From Diplonema japonicum (lineage: Eukaryota > Protista > Euglenozoa: Diplonemea), in contig OZ025698.1 of the NCBI GenBank assembly GCA_964019335.1, positions 372,001-436,000 of the forward strand: a stretch of 64,000 nt of DNA, written 5' to 3'. The notes under the pieces were generated by a model. The model was not told the DNA's origin and made no database searches. It was given only the letters and a program-made list of their open reading frames with translations. Each line of letters starts with the position of its first letter. The first letter of the stretch is position 1. The translations under genes and the position numbers were made by a program. Shown in pieces: positions 33,075 to 45,070 of this stretch.

Positions 33075-33265
33075 AAGGGAAACTTAATGCTCATCCTCTC
33101 TCACATTTCACAAATTTTAATTTCTACATAATAAACGACGAAAAAAAAAAAAAAAAAAAAAAAAAGAATATGGGCATCGGCTTACTTATCATTTCCCTAT
33201 CGTGTTTGCTTGACTGAACAATTTTGTTGTTTAGCTATAGACGAGGTCGGTCTGGCTAGAGGTGG

Positions 33266-33307
<42 letters not shown>

Positions 33308-35066
33308 CATCACATGATAAACTACTTCGGTAGCATCATACTGATGGCACTAACAAAGTTGAAAGTTGAGCACAAACTCCACCTTTTTTTTTTATCCCCC
33401 TATTCTTTTTTTTTCCGTCCCGTAAATACCTCCAATGCGAGGCGAAATAAAGGGGAGGATCGCTGGAATTATAAAAAAAAAAAAAAAAATACGTTGTTTT
33501 GTGACACAATAGCCCCTTTCTGTTCTTTGCTTGAAGCTTCATAAGCAAAAAGAAAGGGGCGACTCCTCACGGGGAAGCTTAACAGCTTTCTGTGACGCAA
33601 TGTGCTTTTTTTTTTTTATTTACTGGTTCTTCTTTCTTTTCAAAAATCCACAAAAAAAAAAAATAAATAAAAAGGATCAGCTCTGTGAATACATAAAAAA
33701 AAAAAAAAAAGCACGCTGAATGTAATATTTAAAAAAAAAAAATCTTTTTTCTTTTTTTCAAACACGTTCCCTGTGTGGAACCACCCATCGCCTCCACCCC
33801 TTCTTATTTCTTTAGTACGGGTCGTCTCACAAAGACGTCCCTTAACTCATATATATTTTTGGAAGTATGCTTCTACTACTAGGAACCATCCTCTTGACTT
33901 GAACTCAACATACTTTTCACTTTATTTCCTAAGGATTCGTGGCTTGCTTAGAGCTGCTAACATCATGGATTTCTTTTTTTCTCATTTGGTAAACTAACAC
34001 ATTCATTCAAGAGAACCGGCAATGAGTCTCTACAGAATATCTACTTCGATATTTCTTTTTTTTTTTTCTTCTTCTCTTTTCTTTTTTAGTTTTCATTTCC
34101 CTGCTTCGGGTCTGAATACCCCTACAAAAAAAAAAAAAAAAAAAAAGAAGAAGAAGCTGCTTATTGTATCATCACTGTTTAGAAAGCGATCCAAAGGAAG
34201 AAAAAAAAAAAAAAAAGGAGTGAGGAAAAAAAAAAAAAAAAAAAAAGAGGGGGAAAAAAAAAGGAAAGAATTCTCTTTTTCTTTTATTTTTTCGATGTTT
34301 CTTTTTTTTTTTTTTTTTTTTTTTGTATTCCTTTTCTCCCCTCTCCCCCTTCCAGCACCTTTATTTAACATTCATATCTTTAAAAAAAAAAAAGAAAAAA
34401 AAAAGAATAAAGGGGGATGTTTTGCGAGAACTTTAGAAAGAAGAAAGAAGAAAAAAAAAAAAAGTGACAATTTTTTTCTGGAACTACTATTAAAGTGATG
34501 CTCAAAATTCACTGGCAAAAGCCAATAGCAGTTTACATACGTCTCTTTTAAGAGAAACGAAGGAGGAAAAAAAAAAAAAAAAGAAATCAAAATGAAGGTG
34601 TTTTACATATCCCTCTCTCTCCCCTCCCATGTCGGTACACGGCTTGTCAATAGCTATATTCTGCCCTCCCCTCCCCACTTTTATTTTTCGCTGCTTTTTT
34701 CCTTTTTTTTTCGTTATCTCCCTTCCTGAGCTTTTTGTTTTATGAGCTCACAAGAAGCGGATTTCATTTATTGTCTCCCTCTCTGTTGTTTTTTTTTTTT
34801 TTTTCTTTTTTTTCTTTTTTACCTTCATAATCAGAAGAATTCTTTTTTTTTTTTATGTTTTTATTTTTATTTACTTATCCGCAATCCCTCTTTCGTTAAT
34901 AAAAAAAAAATATTTTTTTTATATTATTTTTTTTTTTTTCCTCATATTTCCCTCTTTCTTTTTTCCTCTTTTTCCCTGAGTTTTCTTTTTAGAAAAAAAA
35001 AAAAAAAAAAAAAAATCCCCCCTCAGGATTGGTGGCACAAGAAAAAAAAAAAAAAAAAAAAAAAAA

Positions 35067-36551
35067 ATGTCTCGAAACGTGAAAATAGCACTGTTTTTTT
35101 TTTTCTCCGTGTGGATGATCCGGACGCTCGTTGCAACGTGGTGGGTGGTCTGGGGGAACGGATCGGGTTCCGATCCAGCCAACTCGTCACCCCCAAGACT
35201 AAAACCACAGCTAAGAGCAAACCTATCAACCCCCCAAATAAAAGACATAAGACAAGTAATCATCATAGGCGGCGGCGTAGCCGGCCTATCCGCAGGTGTC
35301 TACACAAGCAGAGCAGGCATCGACACCGTAATCATCTCAGAGGGCAGCTCACAGCTAAGCATGACATCAAACGTACAAAACTACCCAGGAGTCCCGCCAA
35401 CAACTGGCGTTGAACTCCTCCTCCAGATCAGCAAGCAAGCCACCGGTACAGGTGCCGTACTATACCCGTCATCCGTGAAACAAATTGAAACAAGTACCTA
35501 CCCGTTTCAAATAACAACCGGCAACAACTCAATCCTCTACGCATGGGCGGTTATCCTTGCAACTGGCGCATCACCAAGATGGCCGAAACTTCGAAACGAA
35601 TTAAAATACATGGGCAGATATATACATTCTTGTCCTTTATGTGACGGGTCCTTATACACAGACAAGCGGGTTGTGGTGATAGGAGGTGGTGACAGTGCTT
35701 TTGAAGCTGTTTTGTACCTTGCCAAGCTTGTTTCTGTTGTGACGGTGCTGCACAGGCGGGAACAGTGGAAAGCTTCGGAGATTCTTCGGTCGAAGCTGCC
35801 GAAGAATGTTGTGTTGCGTCCTGGGGTTGAACCGATGTCGTGGGAGGGCACACCAGACGATATCCTCACAGGTATCACGTTTCGCGACACTTCTACCAAC
35901 AAAGAAGAAACCCTTCAAATCGACGGTGCGTTCATCGCGATAGGGAACGAGCCTTCAACGTCTTACTTAACATCAACCGATGTCCGCCTTGAACCGACAA
36001 GACATGTTACTGTTTTCGACAGTATACACACCACAGTTGAGGGTATCTACGCGGCGGGGGAGGTTTCGGACAGCAGGTTCAGACAAGCTGTCACTGCTGC
36101 GAGTATGGGAGCGATGGCTGCCATCGAAGTTGAAAAATGGCTTTTGAGTATAAAACAGTGTGGGGTTTCGGGGCATTTGGTAACCCCACCCCCGCCTCCT
36201 GTGACACAGCGACCTTCGAAACAGGTTGCATTTGACTTGGAATGTGAAGAGATAGCCCGTTCCTGTTTAGACGCATTTGTAAATTCTCACGCTGTTGTTA
36301 TATTCTCCAAAACGTACTGTCCTTACTGCACCACTGCCAAGGAGATGATCGCTTCTCTCAATATTGCGGACGTTGCTGTTATCGAGCTGGACACGTCCCC
36401 CCGTGGCTCGGCTGTGCACGATGTCCTCAAAAAGAAAACGGGCCGCCGCACCGTTCCGAACATATTTGTTCGCGGGAGGAACATCGGCGGCAGCGAGGAG
36501 CTGGCCAAGGAGCTGCCTTTCCTGGAACTGCTTTTGAAGAAGAACGGGTGA
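35067..36551 (+). CDS. Low-MW NADPH thioredoxin reductase fused to a C-terminal dithiol glutaredoxin, with an N-terminal hydrophobic signal/anchor
   Basis: Reductase motifs IIGGGVAG, VQNYPG, ILATGA, redox CPLC, VIGGGDSA, GIYAAGEV and RQAVTAASMG. Grx motifs FSKTYCPYC, TVPNIFV and IGG. Confidence 0.9.
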   Translation: MSRNVKIALFFFFSVWMIRTLVATWWVVWGNGSGSDPANSSPPRLKPQLRANLSTPQIKDIRQVIIIGGGVAGLSAGVYTSRAGIDTVIISEGSSQLSMTSNVQNYPGVPPTTGVELLLQISKQATGTGAVLYPSSVKQIETSTYPFQITTGNNSILYAWAVILATGASPRWPKLRNELKYMGRYIHSCPLCDGSLYTDKRVVVIGGGDSAFEAVLYLAKLVSVVTVLHRREQWKASEILRSKLPKNVVLRPGVEPMSWEGTPDDILTGITFRDTSTNKEETLQIDGAFIAIGNEPSTSYLTSTDVRLEPTRHVTVFDSIHTTVEGIYAAGEVSDSRFRQAVTAASMGAMAAIEVEKWLLSIKQCGVSGHLVTPPPPPVTQRPSKQVAFDLECEEIARSCLDAFVNSHAVVIFSKTYCPYCTTAKEMIASLNIADVAVIELDTSPRGSAVHDVLKKKTGRRTVPNIFVRGRNIGGSEELAKELPFLELLLKKNG

Positions 36552-36589
<38 letters not shown>

Positions 36590-36873
36590 ATTAATTATTA
36601 TTTATTTCGCCGAGAGCGACTTGGCTGTTTAATAGTGCGATGTGCAGAAGGCCATGATGACTGAGATAATGGTACCGCACGAACTATATGCGCATCCTCG
36701 AGGCATGAAGAGGTAGTGACCTACGAGAGAGCAAAACACGTCGAATGCACGCAAGGCATGCCGCCGGACTAGTTGGTGAGAGCGAGGTTTCCCCCCTTTT
36801 CTTTTTTCTGTTCTTCTTCCTCTTCTTTTTTTTTTTTTTCCAAAAAAAACCATCCCAGGGCTGTCCACACACA

Positions 36874-38013
36874 ATGCCGTCCCCTCAGAGCCCGAACCGT
36901 GCCCCCATCCCGCCCACACCGGGGACAGTGACATCGACGACATCCGGCCCGCAGTGTGCGATATGCATGTCTGGGCTTGCAGACGGGAAGGTGTTGGAGC
37001 CTTGTGAGCATGCAATCTGCATGCCTTGTTTTGGAACATGGGCACAGACATGTAGATGTGCCATTCCAGGTGTACCCCCGGAGTGTATCCACTGCAGCAG
37101 CGGGAAGGTCGAGTGCCCGTTCTGCAGGGAGCTGACAACACACCCCGCAGAGTCGAAGAACGACCAGCGCAGACGGAAGGTAGAACGGGACCAACGCCAC
37201 GCCCTCCGCAGGGCAAGGGAACGCCATGCGGCAGAACAGCGCGCTGGGGGGTACGTTAAAAAAAACTTCAAGATCAAGAAGAACGTGGAAGGGACCATCG
37301 GCGTCAGATTCCGTGGGAGGGAAGTCACGGAAGTACTGCAAGGAACACCTGCCTACACCACAGGGATCAGACAGGGCATGCGCATCAAACAGATCGAAGG
37401 CACTGCTGTGCAGGACCACTCCGACGCCGTCCACGACGCTCTAAAGTCAGCACCTACCGTGTTCATGATGACAGTGGATGCTCCTAAGAACCAAGAAAGG
37501 GAAAGGGAAGCCCAACAACAACCCCCAGCACGTGTTGAAAGACCAAGGCAGGAGGAAAGGGAAAGGGAAGCTCAACAACCCCCAGTACGCGTTGAGAGAC
37601 CAAGGCAGGAGGAAAGGGAACGCGTCAGGGAAAGAGTCGCGGCACAACCCAGACCTGATGTGGAACGCCAGCAGAAGGTTTTGGCTGAAATGAGAGAGCG
37701 TGCCGAACGGGAAAAGGAAAAAGAGAAGCAGCGCCTGCGTGATATGGAAAAAGAGCGGGCTCGTGCCCAGCACAAGCAGCTGCACAATTACCGGCAGAAC
37801 CACCACGGGATGTGGCAGCCTGTCAGTGGTAGGCCTCCTCAGACGGCACACAACCTCCCTATGCAGCCACAGTACAGAACCGCGCCTCATCATGATCACA
37901 TGGCTCACCTGCGCAACCCTTATGCGCTGCCGTATGGCAACCACAGGAACGGGTATCAGCAGAGGCCTGCTCTTCCTCATCACCACCCACACCGCCCCCT
38001 GAATATGCCTTGA
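36874..38013 (+). CDS. RING-finger + PDZ-like + coiled-coil protein (putative E3 ligase)
   Basis: CAIC...PCEHAICMPC...CPFC; PDZ-like GVRFRGREVTEVLQGTPAYTTGIRQGMRIKQIEG; E/R/Q-rich repeats. Confidence 0.75.
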   Translation: MPSPQSPNRAPIPPTPGTVTSTTSGPQCAICMSGLADGKVLEPCEHAICMPCFGTWAQTCRCAIPGVPPECIHCSSGKVECPFCRELTTHPAESKNDQRRRKVERDQRHALRRARERHAAEQRAGGYVKKNFKIKKNVEGTIGVRFRGREVTEVLQGTPAYTTGIRQGMRIKQIEGTAVQDHSDAVHDALKSAPTVFMMTVDAPKNQEREREAQQQPPARVERPRQEEREREAQQPPVRVERPRQEERERVRERVAAQPRPDVERQQKVLAEMRERAEREKEKEKQRLRDMEKERARAQHKQLHNYRQNHHGMWQPVSGRPPQTAHNLPMQPQYRTAPHHDHMAHLRNPYALPYGNHRNGYQQRPALPHHHPHRPLNMP

Positions 38014-38297
38014 CTGATATGATGGTGTTATAAAAGATGATAAAAAAAAAATTTTTTTTTTTTGTCTCCTCCCCGTGTCAAAATTCGAAATAGGGAAATG
38101 GAGAGTGGTTTGGGAGGAGGGGGGGAATCATATAAATAATAAAAGTTTTTTTTTTACCCTCCCTCTCTCTCTCTCTTCTTCTCTCTTGTCTCCGTAGAAA
38201 ACGATATTTAAAAATTAAATCTTTTAAAAATCTTTTTTTTTTTGTCTTACCAACACCCTCCCCATGCCCTCATTGTTAGAACAACTATAGAATTTTC

Positions 38298-38328
<31 letters not shown>

Positions 38329-38466
38329 CCCTCTCAGCTTGTTTTTTTTTTCCTCTTTTTTCTCCTCCATTGTCGATGATTTTTTTTTTCCTCTTTTTTT
38401 TTTTCTTTCTCTTCTTCGCTCGAAATAAAAAAAAAAAAAAAAAAAAGAACAAATAATAATAAAAAA

Positions 38467-39444
38467 ATGGACGTCGATCCCAATGTCGCGATGCAGATGA
38501 TGTCACGAGGCGGAGAGTTCTGGAAGTACCATTACCGGCAAGTAGGGAGGCCGAGCAGAGTGATGGTCAGGCTCATCGGCACAGGTGATGACAGAGCCTT
38601 CGCCTGGAAGGACGTCGGCGACAGGGAATTCGCAGCTCTGATTTCCGTCAGCGACGTCACCGAAGTGAAAAAAGGCCCCGGCTCTAGAACCTTCGCGGAA
38701 AACCAAGCCTCCATAATCAACCCAAACATGTGCTTCACCATCTACACTAGAGGACGTACCCTCGACCTCGAAGCTGTGCATCCCGAGGACCTTAAAATTT
38801 GGGTCTCAGGAATTCGCCACCTCTTGAATTCCGCAGGGAAGGTTGCTAGGGAGCGCGACGACACGAATTACACTTACATTAACAGCCGCACCAAGGAGGA
38901 ATGGCTCTACGATGGGGGCAGGATGGTCCAGCACCGTGAACGCGGCCCCGACATGGGCGGTAGAGGCCACTCCGACATGGTGGAGGACCTCGAGAGACAC
39001 ATGGAAATGTCGTGCCATAATGGTGTGCGAGAGAAAAAAAAAAAAAAAGGGAAAAAAAAAAAAATCATATACAGATCCCCTTGACTCTATTGAGGAGTGG
39101 CTTGCTATGAAGAGGCAGACCAGCAGGGCTCTCGGACCGCCACCTGAACCCCTTGACGTTGACCAGTGGTTCAAGGCCGGGCCGTACCGTAACGAGCAGC
39201 CCCAACCTTCACAGAACCCTGCGTATGAAGGGGAAAGATTGGAGGGAAAAAAAAAAAAAAAAAAAAAAAAAAAAACAGGATTCCTGCCTTCCCTACCCCT
39301 GCTGGGCCCCCTGGGGTGACATCGGATAATTATCATGCTGGTTTTGAAGCTGGATTGAGGCAGGCTCAGCATGCTCCGCCTGCTGTGCAGCAGCAGGGGC
39401 CTCCTCAGGGTGGGTTCCGGCCTCAGGGCCAGTTTGGGTATTGA
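38467..39444 (+). CDS. PH-domain (PLC/Mcp5-type) protein with a Pro/Gln-rich tail. Exons 38467-39022, 39075-39222 and 39279-39444
   Basis: PH-like MSRGGEFWKY...ISVSDVTEVKKG...CFTIYTRGRTLDLEA...WVSGI. Two GT-AG introns restore a sensible frame ending ...GGFRPQGQFGY*. Confidence 0.75.
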
Positions 39445-40191
39445 TTTTTGTTGTTTTTTTTTGTTGTTTTTTTGTTTCTTCTCCTCTCCTCCCCCATTTG
39501 TGCAGAAAGAAATTGAGAAAAGATTGTATTTCCTCATCCTCCTCCTCCTCCTCTTCCGCCCTTTTTTGTTTAGATGTACTCCCCCCCTTGGAAAATTTTT
39601 CCTTCTTTTTTTTTTTGCAGGCGTAGTTTTTTTTCCTTTTATCCAAGAAAAAGAGCAACAAAAAGTTTTCTTTGTGTTTCCCCACCCCCCTTTTTTTTAC
39701 CCTGTTCTCCCCCCCCCCCCCCCCCATCCTCTTTTTTTCTTTGTTAGGTTTCTTGCCTCACTCTCTACTTTGTTTGTATGATGAAAGAAAAAAAACATTT
39801 TTATATTTCACCCCCCCCCCCCCAACTTTCTCACCACCCATCTTCGGCCAGAACAGAAACACGATGATAATTTTTTATTTTATGTTGAAAAAAGGGTAAC
39901 AAAAAAAAACCCCCCCCAATAAAAAAAAGGGAAGGGAGAGTGCAGAGGGGAAAGGGGGGAGAGACCTCACGCGAGACGAGCTATAGAAGAAAAAATAGCA
40001 GAAGAAGAGAAAAAAAAAGACAGCGCCCCCCTCAACCCTGTTCCCCCCCCCCCCCCCCCCCCCCCCTCCCTCCCCCATCCCTGTTGTCAAGTTATTTGTT
40101 ATTTTTACCCCCCAAACCCTCCAAAAATCCCAGCAAAAAAGAAAAAAAAAAAAAAAAAAAAAAAGGAAATAAAGCAAAACAAAACAAAAAA

Positions 40192-42076
40192 ATGATTTCC
40201 GCCTCAGAGTACCCCGAGATGGGGGCTCAGGTTGGTGCTTTGGAACAGTTGGATGGTGCGCCACGTTATTGTTTTAAAACAGAGGGTCCCGACGGGCAGC
40301 AACGGGAAATGGGCCAGCAAGACCTCATCGGCGGCGGCGCCTACGGCATGGTCGCAAAATGCTACGACAGAAAATGGGGCCGCAGCGTCGCCGTCAAGCG
40401 CATGTGCTGGCAGACAATAGAACGCGAGGTCCGACGCGTCATAAGGGAAATCCAAGTCCTGCGACACGTAAACCACCCCAACCTTGTCCATCTCCTAGGA
40501 CTGTACACAACACCCACAGGCAACGAATCTGAAAGCCGATCAGGCGTTTCCCCTTACGGGGTGTTCATAGTGACAGAACTCATGGACATGCCTCTGAGCC
40601 AACTTATATCCCAACATGCCAACGCATGGAATCTTTCAGGCCACCAGCGAGGGCAGTTTCAAATAGAACACGTAATATGGCTGGCGCACCAAATGCTACA
40701 CGGTCTGCACGGGTTGCACAGTGCCGACATCATCCACAGAGACATCAAGCCGCACAATCTTCTTGTGAACATGGCTGACACTACTCTGCGTATTTGTGAT
40801 TTCGGGCTTGCTCGTGTCTCGCGGTCTGATGTGAGATCGTGCAATGTGTCGCACTATGTGGTGACGAGGTACTACCGGGCACCAGAAATCGTATTTGGTT
40901 CAAAAACCTTGGACAGCAGCATGGATATCTGGGCAGCGGGGTGCGTTATCGCAGAAATGGTGATTGCTGAACCACTGCTCGCCATAAATTCCACAACGGT
41001 GGACGGACGGTATTTTTTTTTTTTGGGGAAAAAAAAAAAAAAAAGGTACCATGGTGGGCGTGCTTCGCAAGCTCTTCTTCGAATTTTGAACCGGTTGGGG
41101 AAGCCCAGTGCGGAGGACATTGATGCCGTGCCGCATGATAATGTGAGGCAGTACCTTTCTAAAATTAGCGGGACGCATATGGAGAAGGGCAGCACCGAAC
41201 GGGATGTGAAACAGTTCATAAGGAGCAACGTATGACAAGAAAAAAAAAAAAAAAAAAGAAATACAGTTAAAACTGCCGCAAGAAGGAGACGCCGGATCAA
41301 AAGTCGAGCAGACCCTCGAATTAATCGACGGCATGCTGCAATTCAACCCGGCATCCCGGCCCACCGCCAGGAAACTCCTCGTCAACGAGGTTTTTGCATC
41401 CTTTGCGAGAGAAGATCTCATCCAGTCTTGCGCACCTCTTGACGATGTCGATCCAACCGAAATGGCGGATTTCACATTAGTTCGTGGAGTTACAATGCTG
41501 AAAGATGAAATTGAACGAACGGTAATCGACGAATCGTGGTTGGAAGAAGAGTGCGAAGAAGAAGAAGAAGAAGAAGGCATGACCGCTATACAATTTTTAA
41601 CCCTCGCTGCAACCGGCGCCGCGCCAACACAAGCCCTTTGGCAATCGTTGTTACGGGACCATATGAGTATAATAGCACCTGCTTTAAGCTCTTTACACAT
41701 TTCACCGAATTTGGAAGCTTTAGTTTCGTTGGGTCCTCAGCAGTTGAGGGATTTGTATAAGCTTGTGGGACCGGCTATGCAGAATGCGGCGCTTAGCTTT
41801 ATAAATAGTTCTGACTCCAGCATCGTGCCCACCACCATCACGTTGGCCAACGTAACAGAATTGCAGCCTATTATTTACGGTAAGTTGGCGGAGCTGGACC
41901 CCACCTCGGAGCACGCGGAGGTGTTGCGGGAAAACTTGGATTTCCTTGTGAACAGCACAATGCTTCCGCTTCCCCCTGTAGGATCCACCCCCAAGGTCGT
42001 TGACTGGACCACACCAGCTGGGGAGCCAGAGGACGACGAGGCAATGGAGAGTGGGGACTTCGCGTTCGAACAGTGA
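40192..42076 (+). CDS. MAPK-like CMGC kinase. Introns 41010-41045 and 41230-41266
   Basis: GGGAYG, VAVKR, REIQVLRHVNHPN, HRDIKPHN, ICDFGLAR, SHYVVTRYYRAPE and DIWAAGC. After splicing, MLQFNPASRPTA supplies subdomain XI. Confidence 0.85.
41010..41045 (+). other. 36-nt hairpin-type GT-AG intron (T-run, GGGG, A-run)
   Basis: Removing it deletes an implausible FFFLGKKKKK insert from the kinase domain. Confidence 0.8.
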
Positions 42077-42711
42077 AAGGGGTTGGGAAAAAAAAAAAAA
42101 GAAAAAAAAAAAAAAGTGTTCACAATATATGGGTTGAAAAGTGTATTTTCTCTTCTTTTCTTTTTTTTGGGGGGGGGAAAAACACTGGTCTTTACTAGTT
42201 TTTTTTTTTTTTTTCCAATTCTTCTAGCATTTTTGTTTTGGATGCGGGGGGAAAAAAAAAAGAGGGGGGAAAGCCCTCCCCCCTCCCCCCTGATCTTTTA
42301 TATTTCTTCTGATTACCCCTACCCTTTTTTTTTTTGAAGGTTTCTTTTCTTGAATACAGTCCTTCCCTAGTCTATCCCCCTCCTCTCCCCCCTCCATGGG
42401 TTTTACAAGGGGATACAGGATAGTATGGAAGGGAGCTCTTCTTTCTTTCTTTTTTTTTTCCCCCCTTTTTTTTTATCTCGTTCTCTCTATCCCTCTTCTC
42501 GCACCCGTTTCCCCTTTGGCTTTTTTTTTTCCTTCTCCCCTCCTTTTTTTTTTCCTTTCTTCTTTTTTTTTTCTTTTTTTTTTCTTTTTTTTTTTTTGGC
42601 TTATCACAACCCTTTTTTTTTTTTAAATTTTATATCCTCCTTTCTATCTGCCAGAGCGGGCGGGGGTGGGGGAGGGGGGGTGGAATACAACAAAAAAAAA
42701 AAAAGAGAGAA

Positions 42712-43233
42712 ATGATATCTACCGTGCGAAAGATTTTCGTGAAGATCAAAGACAGGGTCTCGGGGAGAAAAAAACAGCAAAAGGTTTTGGCCGAGCTGGT
42801 GCGGAGGAAAGAGCATTGCATGAAGCTACAGCAGAGGGTGCAGGTTCTCAACGCAGAAATACAGAATTTGAAGAAGGAGTGCAAGTGCTTAACAAAGGAT
42901 ATAATGGAGCATCCTTACATAGCTGTGGGAGTAATTAAGAATCAATTCATCAGCATCATCGACACCCGCCCTCCAGAGGTGAGCCAACGAAGGTACAGTG
43001 CAACTTCCCCAACAGTGAAGGAAACCTGCGACACGCTGCAGGGCCATGTTTTCTGCCTTCTTCGATTGCGTTCCTTCTACATTGAGAGGTACAGCTCCCT
43101 CTCTGGTATAAGAGAGGCTCTTCTGATCCCGAAGGTAAAACCAAAAGTGGAACCCCCCATAGAGTCAAAATTTTTTTTGGTGGCGGAGAATGAACCTGAC
43201 GAAGAAGTAAGGGCGATAATGGAAATGCTGTGA
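42712..43233 (+). CDS. Hypothetical coiled-coil protein
   Basis: 173-aa ORF of coding-like composition between homopolymer spacers, with a heptad-like LQQRVQVLNAEIQNLKKE. Confidence 0.5.
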   Translation: MISTVRKIFVKIKDRVSGRKKQQKVLAELVRRKEHCMKLQQRVQVLNAEIQNLKKECKCLTKDIMEHPYIAVGVIKNQFISIIDTRPPEVSQRRYSATSPTVKETCDTLQGHVFCLLRLRSFYIERYSSLSGIREALLIPKVKPKVEPPIESKFFLVAENEPDEEVRAIMEML

Positions 43234-43239
43234 TGTTTT

Positions 43240-43290
<51 letters not shown>

Positions 43291-43470
43291 TATATTTGCA
43301 CACTTTTATTGATGATGCAAGAGAAGAAAAAAAGAATTTTTTCTTTTTTCTTTCTTTTTTTTTTTTTCCACCGTTCTTTTTGGTGATGACGAGTGATGTC
43401 GTCTATTTCTTTTTTGTGTTGAAATTCAGGGAATTTAAAAAAAAAAAAAAAAAAAAAAAAAGACTAATTT

Positions 43471-43655
43471 ATTTAGTGTGAAAATAAGATACGTATGATT
43501 TCCACGTGTGTTGGCAGTGGTTTAACCAGTGAATGAGTTACACATGCCACCACAAGTGGAAATCAGATCTATTTTTCACTAAATGCGTTGCTTTATTTCA
43601 CGACAGCCAGATTTGAAGGTGTGGGGTATTACAGGTTCGTTACAAGTTACAAGTT
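43471..43655. mobile_element. Palindromic Crypton-like terminus (copy 1)
   Basis: Inverted repeat atttagtg..aaaataagat / atctatttttcactaaat (43471-43584), followed by cgttgctttattt...gccagatttgaaggtg. Homologous to 44446-44670. Confidence 0.6.
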
Positions 43656-44445
43656 TTACATCAGTATCAACATCAAGGCTTATCTTCTGCGGGGCTGTGC
43701 GGCCCGCTTTCGGCTTTTTCACAGCACCTTTTACTGCAGGGCCAGCGTGAATTCACGAATAAAGTAATTTTCACTCCTGGACCTGTTTTTTTTTTTTCTA
43801 ATAAAACAAGCCTGAAAATAAAGTGAAATATTTATATTCACTCACACACTTGAAAAATCTGGCTGGAGTTGTATTTGAAAAAAAAAAAAAAAAAAAAAAA
43901 AAAAAACGTACCAATAAGTAACAAGAACGAAAGAAAAAGAAAAGAAAATAAAAGGGGAAAAAAAAAAACCTCTTTTAACTCAGAGGGTGCACGTTCCCCC
44001 CCCCTTTTTTTTGCTTGAACAAAGAAAACAACAAATTTGAAATGAATTGTACTTCTTGCTAAGAGGTGTCGAGACAGCTTTGTTTTCAGCTTCAACCTTC
44101 TGCTGCAATAAAACCGACTTTGAACAAACAAGATGATGAACGGGACACACAAAAAATATTAACAACCTTGCCTTGTGCTGTTCTTTTTTTTTTCAACTTT
44201 TGACTCTTTGGCTGGTCTTTGTAAAAGCAGCCTTTTAATTGTGTAGTGCTAAACGGTTAACAAATCTGATTTTTATTTTCTTGTCCGTTTTTGGTGTTGG
44301 GGGCCAGTATCAGAGGGGTGATCCCATCCCCTTCTGAGGCCTGAGCTTACTTTTTTTTTTCTTCTTCTTTTCTCTGTATTTGTTTTTTTTTTGCACGAAC
44401 AAGAAAAAACAATATATGAGCTCGTCGGGGGGGAAAATAGCTATT

Positions 44446-45070
44446 TATTAAGTGAAAATAAGATAGCATTATTTCACGCGTGGTGGCAGGGGGTTTAAGT
44501 TCACTCGCTTCGCTCGTGAACTAATATCCCGTTTACTTCACGAGCGCAGCGAGTGAAAATAAAAAGCTCCGAGTTAAACCTGCCACCACAAGTGGAATAA
44601 TGCTCTTATTTTCACTAATACGTTGTTTTATTTAACAAGAGCCGGGTTTGAAAGGGTGGGAGGTTACAGGGTTGGGATTTGGGTTACAGTGTGTGGGAGA
44701 TACAACGTCGCTAAATTTCAGTTTGTGCGACTCTTTTGTCCTCATCCCGCTTGCAAACATGCAAGCTGCATATGCCTGACACACGTTGTAGGGGTCGCTG
44801 AATTTCACTGCCAGATACTCTTTCATTTGTTCCTGACTTAATACCGAAGCTTTTTTTCGCCTCATGGCCTTCTTCAAAAGAAGTGCAACCCCGGGAAAAC
44901 TCTGCATTTTTTTACCGAAGTTTCGTTGGGTGATGGCGTTGATCTTGCTGTAACTTGCCCTAAACCTAGGTGGAATAGGTGAAATTAGGCCCAGGAGTGA
45001 AATAATGTTACAGCAAGTAACTTGTAATTTCAAGGTAACTCCCACCCTTGAAAACCCGGCTCGAGTTATA
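44446..45070 (-). mobile_element. Degenerate tyrosine-recombinase (Crypton-like) transposon remnant with a palindromic terminus
   Basis: The minus-strand frame YSKINAITQRNFGKKMQSFPGVALLLKK...KKASVLSQEQMKEYL...FASGMRTKESHKLKFSD contains the YR box I pattern G-x-R-x-x-E-x-x-x-L-x-x-x-D. A 175-bp palindrome lies at 44446-44620, and ~35-bp inverted repeats at ~44633-44668 and ~45035-45070. Confidence 0.65.

Noticed and set aside
33075-35066. Poly-Lys/poly-Phe ORFs (also at 777-1001, 2460-2798, 8220-8660, 39293-40190 and 42083-42715)
   Set aside because: These are translations of A/T homopolymer spacers with no protein-like content.
36610-36790. GC-balanced island containing ATGATGA (C-box-like), possible snoRNA
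   Set aside because: No suitably placed terminal CTGA D box or terminal stem, so it is unsupported.
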